Source: a virus
Lineage: Duplodnaviria > Heunggongvirae > Uroviricota > Caudoviricetes
DNA length: 64,000 nucleotides
Strand: one strand, 5' to 3'
Virus record (IMG/VR): IMGVR_UViG_3300012940_000021
Span: 63,912 to 127,911 of that record
Part shown: positions 7,829 through 18,600 of the stretch, one piece after another
Layout: each line of letters starts with the position of its first letter
Position numbering within the stretch: position 1 is the first letter of the stretch
Notes under the pieces: generated by a model
The model's input: the letters and a program-made list of their open reading frames with translations, nothing else
The model's database searches: none
Told to the model about the DNA's origin: nothing
Program-made: the position numbers and the translations under genes

Positions 7829-9064
7829 TCAGACCGAGTTGACGAACCGCTGGAAGGCGCTCCAGGTCATCTTGCCGGGGATGCCGTCCACTGGACCCGC
7901 GTACCCCCAGTCGCGCTTCAGCCACCGCTGGAAGGCGCTCCAGGTGTACTTGCCCGGCACCCCGTCGATGGGACCGGTGTAGCCCCAGTACTTGGCGAGG
8001 AACCGCTGGAGCGCCTTGTAGGTGTTCGGGCCGGGGATACCGACCACCGGGCCGGTGTAGCCCCAGTCTCGCTTCAGCCAGAACTGGCCGCGCTTCCACG
8101 TGATCGTGCCGGGCACACCGTCGATCTGGGTCCGAGGCAGCGCCTCCTGAGCTGGAGCGGACGGCTTCGGAGGGTTCTTCAGCGCCTTCCCCGCCCGGCC
8201 CATGGCCGCGTAGGTGAGCGGGCCTGGAATGCCGTCCACGACTCCGGTGTAGCCGTACTCGGCCTTCAACCAGCGCTGCGTCGCTCCCCACGAGAGCTTC
8301 GCTGGAAGGCCGTCGATGATGCCGAGGTAGCCCCACTTCTGCTTCAGGAAGGACTGCATCGCCTGCCAGGTCAGGCGACCTGGAATGCCGTCGATGATGC
8401 CGGAGTAGCCCCACTGACGGGCGAGCCAGGTCTGGAGGCCCTTCCACGCCTCGATGCCTGCCGCACCCCCGAGGTTGTAGCCCGCCGTGCCGTCACCTGC
8501 GGGGCCGGTGCCGCCGCCCCCTGGAATCGGCGCTGGAGCCTGGCCCTGGCCGAGGATCTCCCGAGCGCGGTTGACGATCCAGTCCATGTTGAGGCCACCG
8601 GGGCAGGCGGTGGCGTAGGAGGCCCGGTAGCGGGTCCACAGCTCGCGGTGCCCCTCGACGGTCGAGGTCCGGTTGAGGTCGATGCCGTACCGGCGAGCCA
8701 CGTCGGCGCAGAGCTGGGCGACTCGCTCGTGCGCCTTCGAGGACACCGGCCAGTTTGGAGCGCCCGCCTCGTTCTCGATCTCCAGCGTGATGGAGCGGCG
8801 GTCGAAGGCTGCGCCCTTCCCGCCGTCGGTCGAGGACCCTGAAGTCCAGGCGCGGTCCTCCTCGTCCACCACGCCCGTGATGCGGCCCTCGTTCGAGACC
8901 GTGTAGTTGGAGGAGACCTGGCGCGAGCCGGTCACCATCATGTTGATGACCGCATCGTCGTTGGTCCCCGCCTGGTGGTGGAGCGTGATGTGGTCGATGC
9001 GTGCGCCCTGGCGAGCCGAGCGCTGTGGAGAGCGCCGGATCTGGTCGGTGAGTCCCGAGAACAT
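7829..9064 (-). CDS. endolysin: N-acetylmuramoyl-L-alanine amidase (Amidase_2/PGRP-type) with 6-7 C-terminal PG_binding_1-like repeats (411 aa)
   Basis: HITLHH...GHRELW...ACPGG zinc-ligand pattern of T7-lysozyme-type amidases; repeats WGYxGxxDGxPGxxTWxAxQRFL. Confidence 0.85.
   Translation of the reverse strand: MFSGLTDQIRRSPQRSARQGARIDHITLHHQAGTNDDAVINMMVTGSRQVSSNYTVSNEGRITGVVDEEDRAWTSGSSTDGGKGAAFDRRSITLEIENEAGAPNWPVSSKAHERVAQLCADVARRYGIDLNRTSTVEGHRELWTRYRASYATACPGGLNMDWIVNRAREILGQGQAPAPIPGGGGTGPAGDGTAGYNLGGAAGIEAWKGLQTWLARQWGYSGIIDGIPGRLTWQAMQSFLKQKWGYLGIIDGLPAKLSWGATQRWLKAEYGYTGVVDGIPGPLTYAAMGRAGKALKNPPKPSAPAQEALPRTQIDGVPGTITWKRGQFWLKRDWGYTGPVVGIPGPNTYKALQRFLAKYWGYTGPIDGVPGKYTWSAFQRWLKRDWGYAGPVDGIPGKMTWSAFQRFVNSV
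7832..8497. repeat. tandem ~75-81-bp coding repeats (peptidoglycan-binding modules) in the endolysin gene
   Basis: protein-level repeats ...DGIPGxxTWxAxQRWLK... x6-7. Confidence 0.7.
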
Positions 9065-9085
9065 GTTGGCCCCTTGTTTTTGGAA

Positions 9086-9361
9086 TTACTGCGACTGGTA
9101 CTGACTGCGGGCGTCGAGGAGGATCTCCTCCAGGTCGATGCGGTCATCATCGACCGATCCCCACCAGAAGCGGTGATTCGCGGAGCGTGTCTTCTCTTCC
9201 ACGAAGACATCCCAGGGAACGCTCGTGCCCTTGTACCCGACGATCTGCTCGCCCTGCTTCTGGAGCTGCTCGAAGCCCGGCTGGTAGAACACGTCACCGA
9301 CCTCGGAGAAGATTCCGACCGGTTCGCCCTCCAGGGTCTTGTGGATCAAGAACAGGGCCAT
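9086..9361 (-). CDS. hypothetical protein (91 aa)
   Basis: ATG overlapping TGA of upstream gene; complete ORF. Confidence 0.5.
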   Translation of the reverse strand: MALFLIHKTLEGEPVGIFSEVGDVFYQPGFEQLQKQGEQIVGYKGTSVPWDVFVEEKTRSANHRFWWGSVDDDRIDLEEILLDARSQYQSQ

Positions 9362-9657
9362 CAGAACTCCTTCATCGTCGTCTTGATGGCCTTCTCCTGC
9401 TCCGCCGAGAGGGGGGCGAACCGGAAGCGCCGACCCTCGGAGTGGAAGACCCAATCGCCGTCCTCGCGGACCATGATGTCCTCGGGGTAGAACACCATGT
9501 CCTTCATCGGCAGCGCCCAGCCGATGACGACCGTCTTGCCCTGGTCTTCTCCGACCTCGACATCGACCATCTCGAAGTTCGGGCGCTCGCCCTCCTGGGC
9601 GACGATCACACCGTGCGGGAAGGCCCGGTGAAGCTCCTCCTGAGTCACTTCGTCCAC
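9361..9657 (-). CDS. hypothetical protein (98 aa)
   Basis: ORF overlapping 13 nt with the end of the giant gene. Confidence 0.5.
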   Translation of the reverse strand: MDEVTQEELHRAFPHGVIVAQEGERPNFEMVDVEVGEDQGKTVVIGWALPMKDMVFYPEDIMVREDGDWVFHSEGRRFRFAPLSAEQEKAIKTTMKEF

Positions 9658-12600
9658 TGAGCCTTCACCTTCGCAATCGCTGCCTGCAAGTTTACGCGCA
9701 TGACGAACCGATCCTCGATGGGCAGTCCTCGGAGCATGGCGAAGCCGAGCGCCTTCATGCGCTGGATGGCCTCGTTCCGCTTCTCGGCGTTGTCGAAGAC
9801 GAAGATCTCCAGGTGGTCGAGGATCGACATCGCGTTCGGAACCATGGTCTCGTTGCTCGATCCGGTGAAGCTGGTCAGCGCCTTCAGCGGGTCGTACTTG
9901 TTCTGGCTCTGCTGGTCCGTGCGATCACCGAAGCGGTCGCCGGAGAACGAGTAGGTGTCCACCTGAGTGAAGACCGACGGGTTCCAGTAGGCCACGTGCT
10001 TGCCGTAGATCGAGCCGGAGAACTCGACGCTCGCCCCGGTGTGCGCGATGCGCGTGAAGACGCTGTTCGCGCCACCCGTCCCCTGGTCGGAGCCGGAGGA
10101 GGCACCCTGCTTGAAGTAGCCGAGGATGCGCAGACGCTCCTCCGTCGAGAGCATTCCACCCGACGTGATGTAGCGCAGGAGCGAGTCGTCCTTGCCGTTG
10201 TTGCCGATGGCCACCATGTGGCCCTTCTTCAGCACCTGCTCCAGGTCCACATCGATGCGCTCGTAGTACGGCTTGCCCGTGGCCAGCTCCGGGTTGGCGA
10301 GGTCCATGTGGTTGAACTTCGGCATGTGCTTGCCCTGGGCGATGAACGAATCGACGCGATCCTTGCCCCAGGCTTCCTCCGAGATGCTGCGGTAGAACGC
10401 CAGCTCTTCGGTGTCGCTCATGCTCAGGCCGATGCCTTCGATGAGGGTCCAGTCGGTGAGGTTCTCCCCGTTCGGTCCCTTGACCGTCTGCTTCTTGTCC
10501 TTCAGCTTCTTCAGGGCGCTCTTCACCGTGGCTGGGGCGCTCGACTCCGCGTAGGTGAAGATGACGCGCTCCCACATCGCACGCCAGTAGTTCAGCTCCG
10601 CCTGGGTCTCATCGGCCCCCGTGAGGTCGAGGCCCATGAGTTCGAGCTGGGACTGCACCCGAGCGAGCGAGGCTTCCTTGTCCGGCCCGACGAGGCGGAA
10701 CGACACGGTGCCGCGCTGCGACCGAGCGGTGTTCGTGCTCGTGGAGTTGCGGAAGAAGATGACCTCGCCGGACGGCAGCGTGATCCGGTACTCCTTGCCG
10801 GTGTGCCCGGACGTGCCCTCGTCCTTCGAGTTCTCGACCTTCAGACCACCCTCGTTGAGGGTGCCGCCCTTGCCCGCCGCAGACTGGACGGTGTACAGGA
10901 CCTCCTTGACCGCCTCCTGCGGCTCGGCCTCGACGTTGTTGGTCCAGCCGTCCGGCAGGGCGTTGGGGTCCACCGGCAGCGCCCCGACCGAGACCTCGGA
11001 CCCCTTGGACGAGAGCCACTGCCCGTTCGCCAGCTCGGTGTAGGTGATGCCGTCGGGGCTGACGATGATCCGCCCCTCGACCTTCGGAGCGAGGCCCTGG
11101 AAGACCGTGAAGTCGCCCTTGTTGGTCGTGCCTCCCTCGGAGATGGCCGTCTTCACCTTGCCGATCTGGGTGAAGTAGTGGTCCAGCATCATCTTGTACT
11201 GGGAGAGGTACTCCGGCGCGACTCGCTTGCCCGACGGGAACTCCACGTAGTCGGCGTTGCCCTCTGGCTCCAGGTCCGGCTTCCAGAAGGCGGCGTCCGC
11301 CAGGAGGGTCTGCTCCAGGCTGTTGAACGCCGAGATGATGTCGGGGTCGTACTCCTTGTCCACCGAGTTCTTGGTGACGTTCTTGCCCGCCGCCGTGATG
11401 GTGGACTTCCAGTCGTTCGTCGTTGGGAACTGTGCCTGGTTCAGGTAGATCGGCTGGGTGTTGACCGAGTTGACCTGAACCTGCTGCGCCTTCGGCTGGA
11501 GGAAGGCCAGCAGCTTGTTCTGGGCGAGGTCCCCGAGCGTGATCTGGCCCTTGTGCAGCTCCTCCCCGGTCTCGTTCTGCTCGGTCCAGAGCAGCGAGTG
11601 GCCGTTGTGGATCGAGGCGCTTCCGTGCAGCGGGGCGGCTCCCCAGACCTTGGTCTCGGCTGCCTTGTCGAGAACGCCCGGCTCGTCCCAACCGGAGATG
11701 TGCTCCTCGAAGACGGTCGGCGGCTCCTCGGGGAGTCCTCCGAATCCGGCGTCCTGGAAGATCTTGTCCCACATCTGGTCGATCTGCTCGACCAGCTTGC
11801 TCTTGCGGTGGAGGAACGCCTTCACGAGCTGGTCCGCGTTCGCCGGAGCATTGCGGTGCGTGAAGTGGGTCATGTAGTCCGGCACGTCCCAGTTCGTGCG
11901 GAACTCGACCGCCTCGCGGACCATCTGCTCGGCAGCGGCGTCGTCGGACTTCTGGATGCGGGACGCCGCCTTGCGGGCACCCTGGTACGCCTTGACGGCG
12001 GTCTCGTAGTCGATGGTGCCGTTGCGGATCTTGTCGTAGAGCTGGGTGTAGACCAGGGTGGCGTTCGTGTGCGCCGAAGCGTCCCCAGAGATGCCGTTCC
12101 AGTTGCCGTAGACGAAGAACGCCCGCCCCTTGTCGATGCCGACCACTCCGCCGCTCGGCGTCATCAGGAGGTTGTCCGGGTGGGTGTCGTCGTTGTCGAG
12201 CGCCCAGTCGAGCACGTGCTCAGCCGCGATGGCCGCGAGCTGCTTCTCGTTGAGGGTCTCCATTTGGATCTCGCCATCGCCGTTACCGGCGAACGACCCT
12301 ACGTTGTCCACGAAGTTCTGAATGAGTCCCTCGTGACCGTCCTCGGTGGTCGCCATGACCGTCTTGGCCGACTGGAAGCCCCACATCCGAGCCAGCTCGT
12401 TGGCCTTGTGCTCCATCTGGGCGCGGGCCTTCTGGTCCTCGCTGTTCCAGGGCTTGAAGATGTACTTCCGGTCGAACTGGTCCTTGACGAGCCAGACCTC
12501 GTGGCTGCCCTTGTCGATCTGCTCCACCTTGAAGTACTTGGGCTTGTTCAGCTCCTCCAAGTACGCGGCGTGCTTGGCGTCGAAGTAGGCGGCGACGATC

Positions 12601-15600
12601 TCCTCGGACTTGTACTTCGTGCTGTAGTCGGTGTTCGAGGGGTCCCACTCCAGACCCCCGACCGACGTGTCGTAGTTGGAGTAGAACTCCTTGAAGTCCG
12701 GGTCCTGGAAGTGGTCCTTCGCCCAGTCGGTCGTCACGTCGTAGGGGGTGGCCTTCCAGATGCTGCCCTGCGGCCACGGAGTGTCCGGGTTGTTTTCGAA
12801 AACGTGGTCGTAGCTCTTGGCGGGCTGCACGTCGTCGGTCCAGGTCGGAGCATCCGAGAGCGCGGCGTCGCCGTTCTGCTTGCGGACCTGCGCGAGCGCG
12901 GAGAGCTGGTCCACCTTCTCCTTCTGGCCCTGCTTGTGAGCGAGGACCCACTGGCGCTTCTCCGCGTTCGACAGGAACGTCGGGTTCTGCATCTGGGCCT
13001 TGATGAGGTAGTTCTGGATCTCCGGGAGGGATGGCTCGATGCCCGGCGAGGTCCAGTTGCCCTCCACCGGCTCACCTGCCGGAATCTCCCCCTCGACGGC
13101 AGGCCCCCAGGTGATCTGATGCGTGGCCTCGCTGCCCTCGTAGCCGGGGTGCAGGTAGCCCGAGTTGTGGGCCTTCCCCTCCTTGGCAGCCGCCGAGACC
13201 TCGATCTGGTAGAGCGCCTTGAAGTCGCCCTTCTTGAACGCCGCGACCCACTTCTGGCGCTCCCACTTGTCCATCTTGGTCAGGTGCTGGCCGATGATCT
13301 TGCCGTCACCGATGGACGCCGACGCCGCCTTGATGTACGAGCCGAGGGAGTTCTTGTCGTAGGAGTTGACGGTGAGCGCCGCGACCGAGGCGGGGAACTT
13401 GGCGTAGCCCATCTCGTTCCACTCGAAGAGGTCGGCGGCGTTCGCCTCGGGCGTGCTGGTGTCCACCCCGGAGAGGAGGCCGTCCATGGCCTCCTTCAGT
13501 GCCTGCACCGCGTTCTCGGGGGTGTTCTCCGTGAAGCCGTTCTCCGCACGCCACTTGACCCAGAGCGGCTGCTGCCAGAAGACGCCGAGGCTCTTCAGCT
13601 TCTCGCCCATGGCGTAGGCGCTCTCGTCCGTCACCGTGTCGAGGTACTGCCGAGCCTGCATCAGCGACGGGACGGTCGTCTGCGAGCCGAAGAAGAACAC
13701 CGACCCGGTGTAGCCCTCTGGCAGCACGGACATGCCGAACTTGTCCGTGAGCTGCCCCTTCGAGAAGAGCGTGTTGACCTTCTTCTTGTCGAACTCCACC
13801 GGGTCCTGGAGGCCGTGGCTGAGGACGTGCGAGTAGTAGGTGGCCCAGATGTTGGGCTGTTCCTCGGGAGGCTTGACCTCCTCCCCGGTCTTGGGGTCCG
13901 TGAAGTGCCACTTGCCGTCGGAGTGCTTCGTGGCCTCGTAGGGCTGCACGTACTCGCCGTCTTCGTAGTGCGAACTCGTGACCTCGTACTTCGCTCCCAC
14001 GCCTGCGGCGTTCAGCCAATCGGTTGTCGGGTAGCCCCCGATCTTGACCCCGGTCATGGCGGTCACGTCGGTCTTGGGCTTGAAGATCTTCGCCGTGTCG
14101 GTCGAGACCTCGTAAACCGCCGTCTTGGGGTTCTGCGGGCTTCCGGCGAAGTAGGTGCCCGGAGTGAGATCCGACACGACGACGGGCTTCTTCGGCGCGG
14201 CCTTCGCCGTGGGCGACGGGATGTCGTCGGGCATCCCGTGGTACTCCTTCATGCCCTTGTCGTAGTTCGTCTTCACCGCCTTGGCCGTGAGCTTCGACAC
14301 CCCGCCCTTGGTGTTGACGTAGACGCCCGTGCCGTCGGCGGCGACGACCATGTACGCCTTGCCTCCCGGCGAGGAGTACTTGCCGGGCACGATCTCCGGG
14401 TTCTCATTGAGGGTCGGGTTCTCCACCGGGGAGAAGTCCCAGTCGCCCTGCATGGCGTTGAACATCTCGGAGTCGTTCATGAACCCGAAGCCGTTGTCGG
14501 AGAGGTTGTCTCCCGTCTTGGCGTCGTAGATCGTCCAGTGGTCCTCCCCCTCCTTCACCGCGACCATCTGGAAGTCCGTGCCGGGCGCACCGTTCTGAGC
14601 CTTGGTGCCGACCGGAGCGTCCTGGACCACCTTCAACGAGAAGTCACCGTCGTCCTTGCTCAGCTCCTCCTGCTGCTTGTCCTGGAGCGCCGGAGGGGTC
14701 TTCGCGTAGTCGGGCAGCACGTCCGGCTTCGACTCGATGCGGAGGAACCCGTTGTCGATGGCCCCCGAGAAGGAGTCCTCGCCCAGCACATTTCCACTGC
14801 CGTCGTCGGTCCACTGCGCCGCGCTGATCTTGGTGTAGGTGTGCGGAATCCCTCCGGTGCCCTGCCAACGCACCACGGTTCCCACAGGGAGACCCGACAG
14901 CTCTTCGAGGCTCTTCACCTTCGGGTGCTGGATGTCGGTCTCCGTGCGGACCAGCTTGGCCTTCAGGAGGTCGATGAACTTCTGCTTGGTGACCGTCTTG
15001 TCCTTGTCGAAGCCGACGATGGAGTTCGGGTTGAGAGACCCGAGAGCGTTCATCTTCTTGTTCAGCTCGGACTTGAAGTTCTTGCCCTGGAACGATTCCA
15101 GGATGTCGATGGCCTGCTGGACCTGGGACATCGTGAACTCTCCGCCGTCCATGCCCTGCACGCCCGTGCTCTTCGGCGTCTTCGAGCCGATCCAGACCTT
15201 GGGGGCGTTCTCCTCCTCGACGCTCGTCCCTTCCTCGATGCCGATGGAGTCCTTCAGGTACTTGATGACGGCAGGCTTGGCCTTCAGATCCGGGTACTTG
15301 TTGAGCGCGGCGACCTTCAAGGACTCCTGGTTCTCGGCGCTCTTCAGCGGGTTGCTGTCCGGCAGCGCCTTCAGGCCGTAGCTGACGTGGAAGGACGAGT
15401 GCTCCTCCAAAGCCTTGTACGCCTCCGCGATCTGGATGGAGGACATGGCCGGAGCACCTGGCCAGAGCTGCTTGTCCTTGGCTCCGAAGCTGCTCTCCGG
15501 GGCCTTCGGCGCGACGTAGCGCAGATTCCCCGCCGCGACGGCATCGCCCATGTCGCCGGGCGTGAACGCCAGGTTCGGCCACTTCGGATCGTCGGCGGGA

Positions 15601-18600
15601 GCCTTCCAACCCTCCTCGGTCTTGTCCACGAAGTTGAGGAAGTTGCCCGCCTGGTCGAACATCGCCAGCCGCTGTCCCACCGGGAAGGCGTTGACGTGGG
15701 CCATCTTCGTGATGGCGTCGCCCTCGGCGTAGCCGAACTCGTTGACCTCGCTGGGGGACGGGACGTTCGGCTCCAGGGCAGGAAGCGAGAAGACGGTGAA
15801 CTTCTGGCTCTTGGCCGAGCCGGAGAGCTGCGACGCCGCGTAGACGTTGCCCCCCGGCGTGAGGAAGGCCCCGTTGTCGAGCTTGGTGTAGTAGGTCTTC
15901 GACCCGTCCTTCTTGGTGTACTCCAGCTTCGTGCCTGGCAGCAGCGACTCCAGGTCCTCGACGCTCGTGATGGTGTGACCCTCGCCCCACTCCCAGGGAG
16001 CCTGCTCCTCAGCCGACTGGCTCTGGAGCGGAGCCGGGACGTAGTAGTGCTTGTTCCCCCCTGGAGCGAAGAAGATGTCGTTGAGGGTGAGCATCCCGCC
16101 GTCCAGTCCAGACGGAAGCAGGGCGCTCCACTCGTCGCCGTCCTGGGCCTTCGTGTAGGTGATGATCTTGCCCTTGCCGGTGACCTCGAAGATCTGGTCC
16201 CCCGGCTTCGGGGCGTGGGTCACGATGTCCTTGTTGACCAGGACCGCGTTGGTGGGCACCCCCTCAGGCAGGTCGTCGTCCGTCGCCGGAGCCTCCGACT
16301 CGCTCGTCTGGTCGGGCACCAGATGCGGAGACTCCTCCGGCAGCGGGAGCGAGTAGTGCTCCGCGATGTACTTGCGACGGGCGAGGAGGGTGTTCGCCAT
16401 GGACTCGTCCATGCCGTACTCCGAGACCATCTCCTGGATGCGCTCGGGCGACAGGTTGACGATCCGCTGAGCACCGTCCAGCTCCTCGGCGTAGGTCATG
16501 TCCGATCCGAAGACCGCCGCCTTCTTGCCGGTGCGGTAGCTCTCCAGCTCGGTGACGCTCGGACCGAAGTCGGACCCCTTCGCGCTGCCCATGGCGCGGT
16601 ACTTCAGCGCGCCGCCGTTGTCGATGCGCCACGGGTTGCCGTCCTTGTCCGTGAGCACGTTGTCCCACGACAGTCCGAACACATCCCAGTTGGCCAGCCA
16701 GGCGTCGATGGCGAAGTCGCGTCGGACCTTGGAAAGCCACACCTGGTCGTTGAGCCGGGCCTGCATGTCCTGCTTGCCGTCCACGATCTTGGAGTAGATC
16801 TGGCCATCCGAGGCGACATCGACCTCGGGGGCGTTCACGCCCAGCTCGCGGTAGAGCGCGTTGGCCAGCGCCTCGTTGTTGCCGTGATCGGCGGTCTGCG
16901 GCTTCTTGACGTAGTACTTCGCCGGGCCGTCCGGCGTCGGCAGCTCGTAGAGGCCCCCCGGATTCGAGCCGCTCTGTCCACCGATCTTCTTCGCGCCCTC
17001 GTCCGTGATGAGACCGTGGCTGGGGATCGGCTCCTGAGTGGCCGGTGCCGGACCAGCCGTCAGGGCAGCGCCGTACTGCGCCAGCTCCTCATTGGAGTAG
17101 GTGTTGCCGTTCGCCCACGACAGCCACTGCCCGTTCGACTGCTTGGTGAGAGTCACGCCGTCGAGGTTCACCTGAGCGCCGGTCGGCGCGATGGCCAGGT
17201 GGTTGCGCTTCTGATCGACGGTCAGGTCCGGCGAGTTGAAGATCGGGGAGAAGCCCGAGATCGGCTCTCCAGGGTCGGCGGGCTGCTCCGGCTCCTGGGT
17301 CCCCGTCGGGGTCACGAGCGTGAGCTGATCGCGCATCGCGTACATGACGCCGTGGGACACAGGCTTCTTCTTGCCGCCCTGCGTCCAGGTGCCGTTCTCC
17401 TGCTTGCGGAACGGGACCTGACCCTCCTCCGGGATGAGCTTCGAGCCGACCGGAGCGTTCACCAGTGCGGTCGAGAACTCGACATCCGTCATCTCGGCCA
17501 ACGGCTTGTCGGCAGCCGGAGCCTCCTGAGGCTGCTGCTTGGTCGAGTTGCCCTTGAAGGCGTAGAGCTGCTCCGGCTGGTACTCGCCCTCGGAGGCCAT
17601 GACCGCCGTCATCAGATCTTCTTCGGTGACTCCGGCCTGCGGGTGGGTGAGGTTCTTCCACGAGCCGTCCGGCTGCTTCTCCACGAGGTCCGCCGCCTCA
17701 TAGTGCGGGGCGTCGCCGTCGGCGGTGTTCTCCTCGAAGTCCGGGTCGTAGCCGATCAGAATCTTGTCGCCCGGCTGGGCGTTCGTGATGTCGTCCTGGG
17801 TCGCCTCGGCGGTGTAGTCGTAGTCGCCGGGGAAGAGGTAGTGCGGGGATTCCTCGCTCAGGATGTCGAGCGGGGCCATGTCCTCGTGCCAGATGAGATC
17901 CGTCGAGTTGACGTTCGGCTCGTCCTCATCGACCTCCGGTGGCAGCGGCTTCGACTGCTTGGTGGCGTGGATGTAGACCTTCTCGGCACCACCGTCCACG
18001 ACCATCGCGTTCATGGCGACCTGGCCGAACCAGTCCTCGTCGTCATCGACGTTGGACCAGATGGCGAGGCCGTCCCCGGAGTCGGTCAGTTCGTACTCGG
18101 AGACCATCGCTCCGTTGTCGAAGGCCACGAGCACGCGGTCACCGATGGTGGAGACCTGCATGTGGCCGGGCGTGGCCAGCTCGGTGTAGTCGCCCTCGCC
18201 GGGCACGAGCTTGGAGGTCGAGCGGGGCTTGTCCCGCTTCGGCAGCTCCGGCGCGGGGCCATCTCCGATGTCCGGCGCGAGGATGGCGACGTTCTCCGAG
18301 GTCAGGTCGTTGCCGGTCTTGCTGGACTTCCAGGTCCCGTCCTCGTTCTTCGTGAGCGTGGCCTCGCTGTCCACCATGTAGATCTGGTGGCCGACCTCCG
18401 CGCTGTCGAGGAGTCGCTGAACCTCCGCCACGTTGGAGTTGCCGTTGATGGCGGAGATGTCCTTCGGCTTCGGACGCTTCGGCTTGGCCGGTGCCGGAGA
18501 GGGCTGCTCGGGCTGGGGTCCGTCCGCCAGCCCCTCCGGGCCGATGGCAGCCAGGAGCGCGTTGGTCGAGACCACGACCCCCGTGCTGCTGTCCCAGTCG

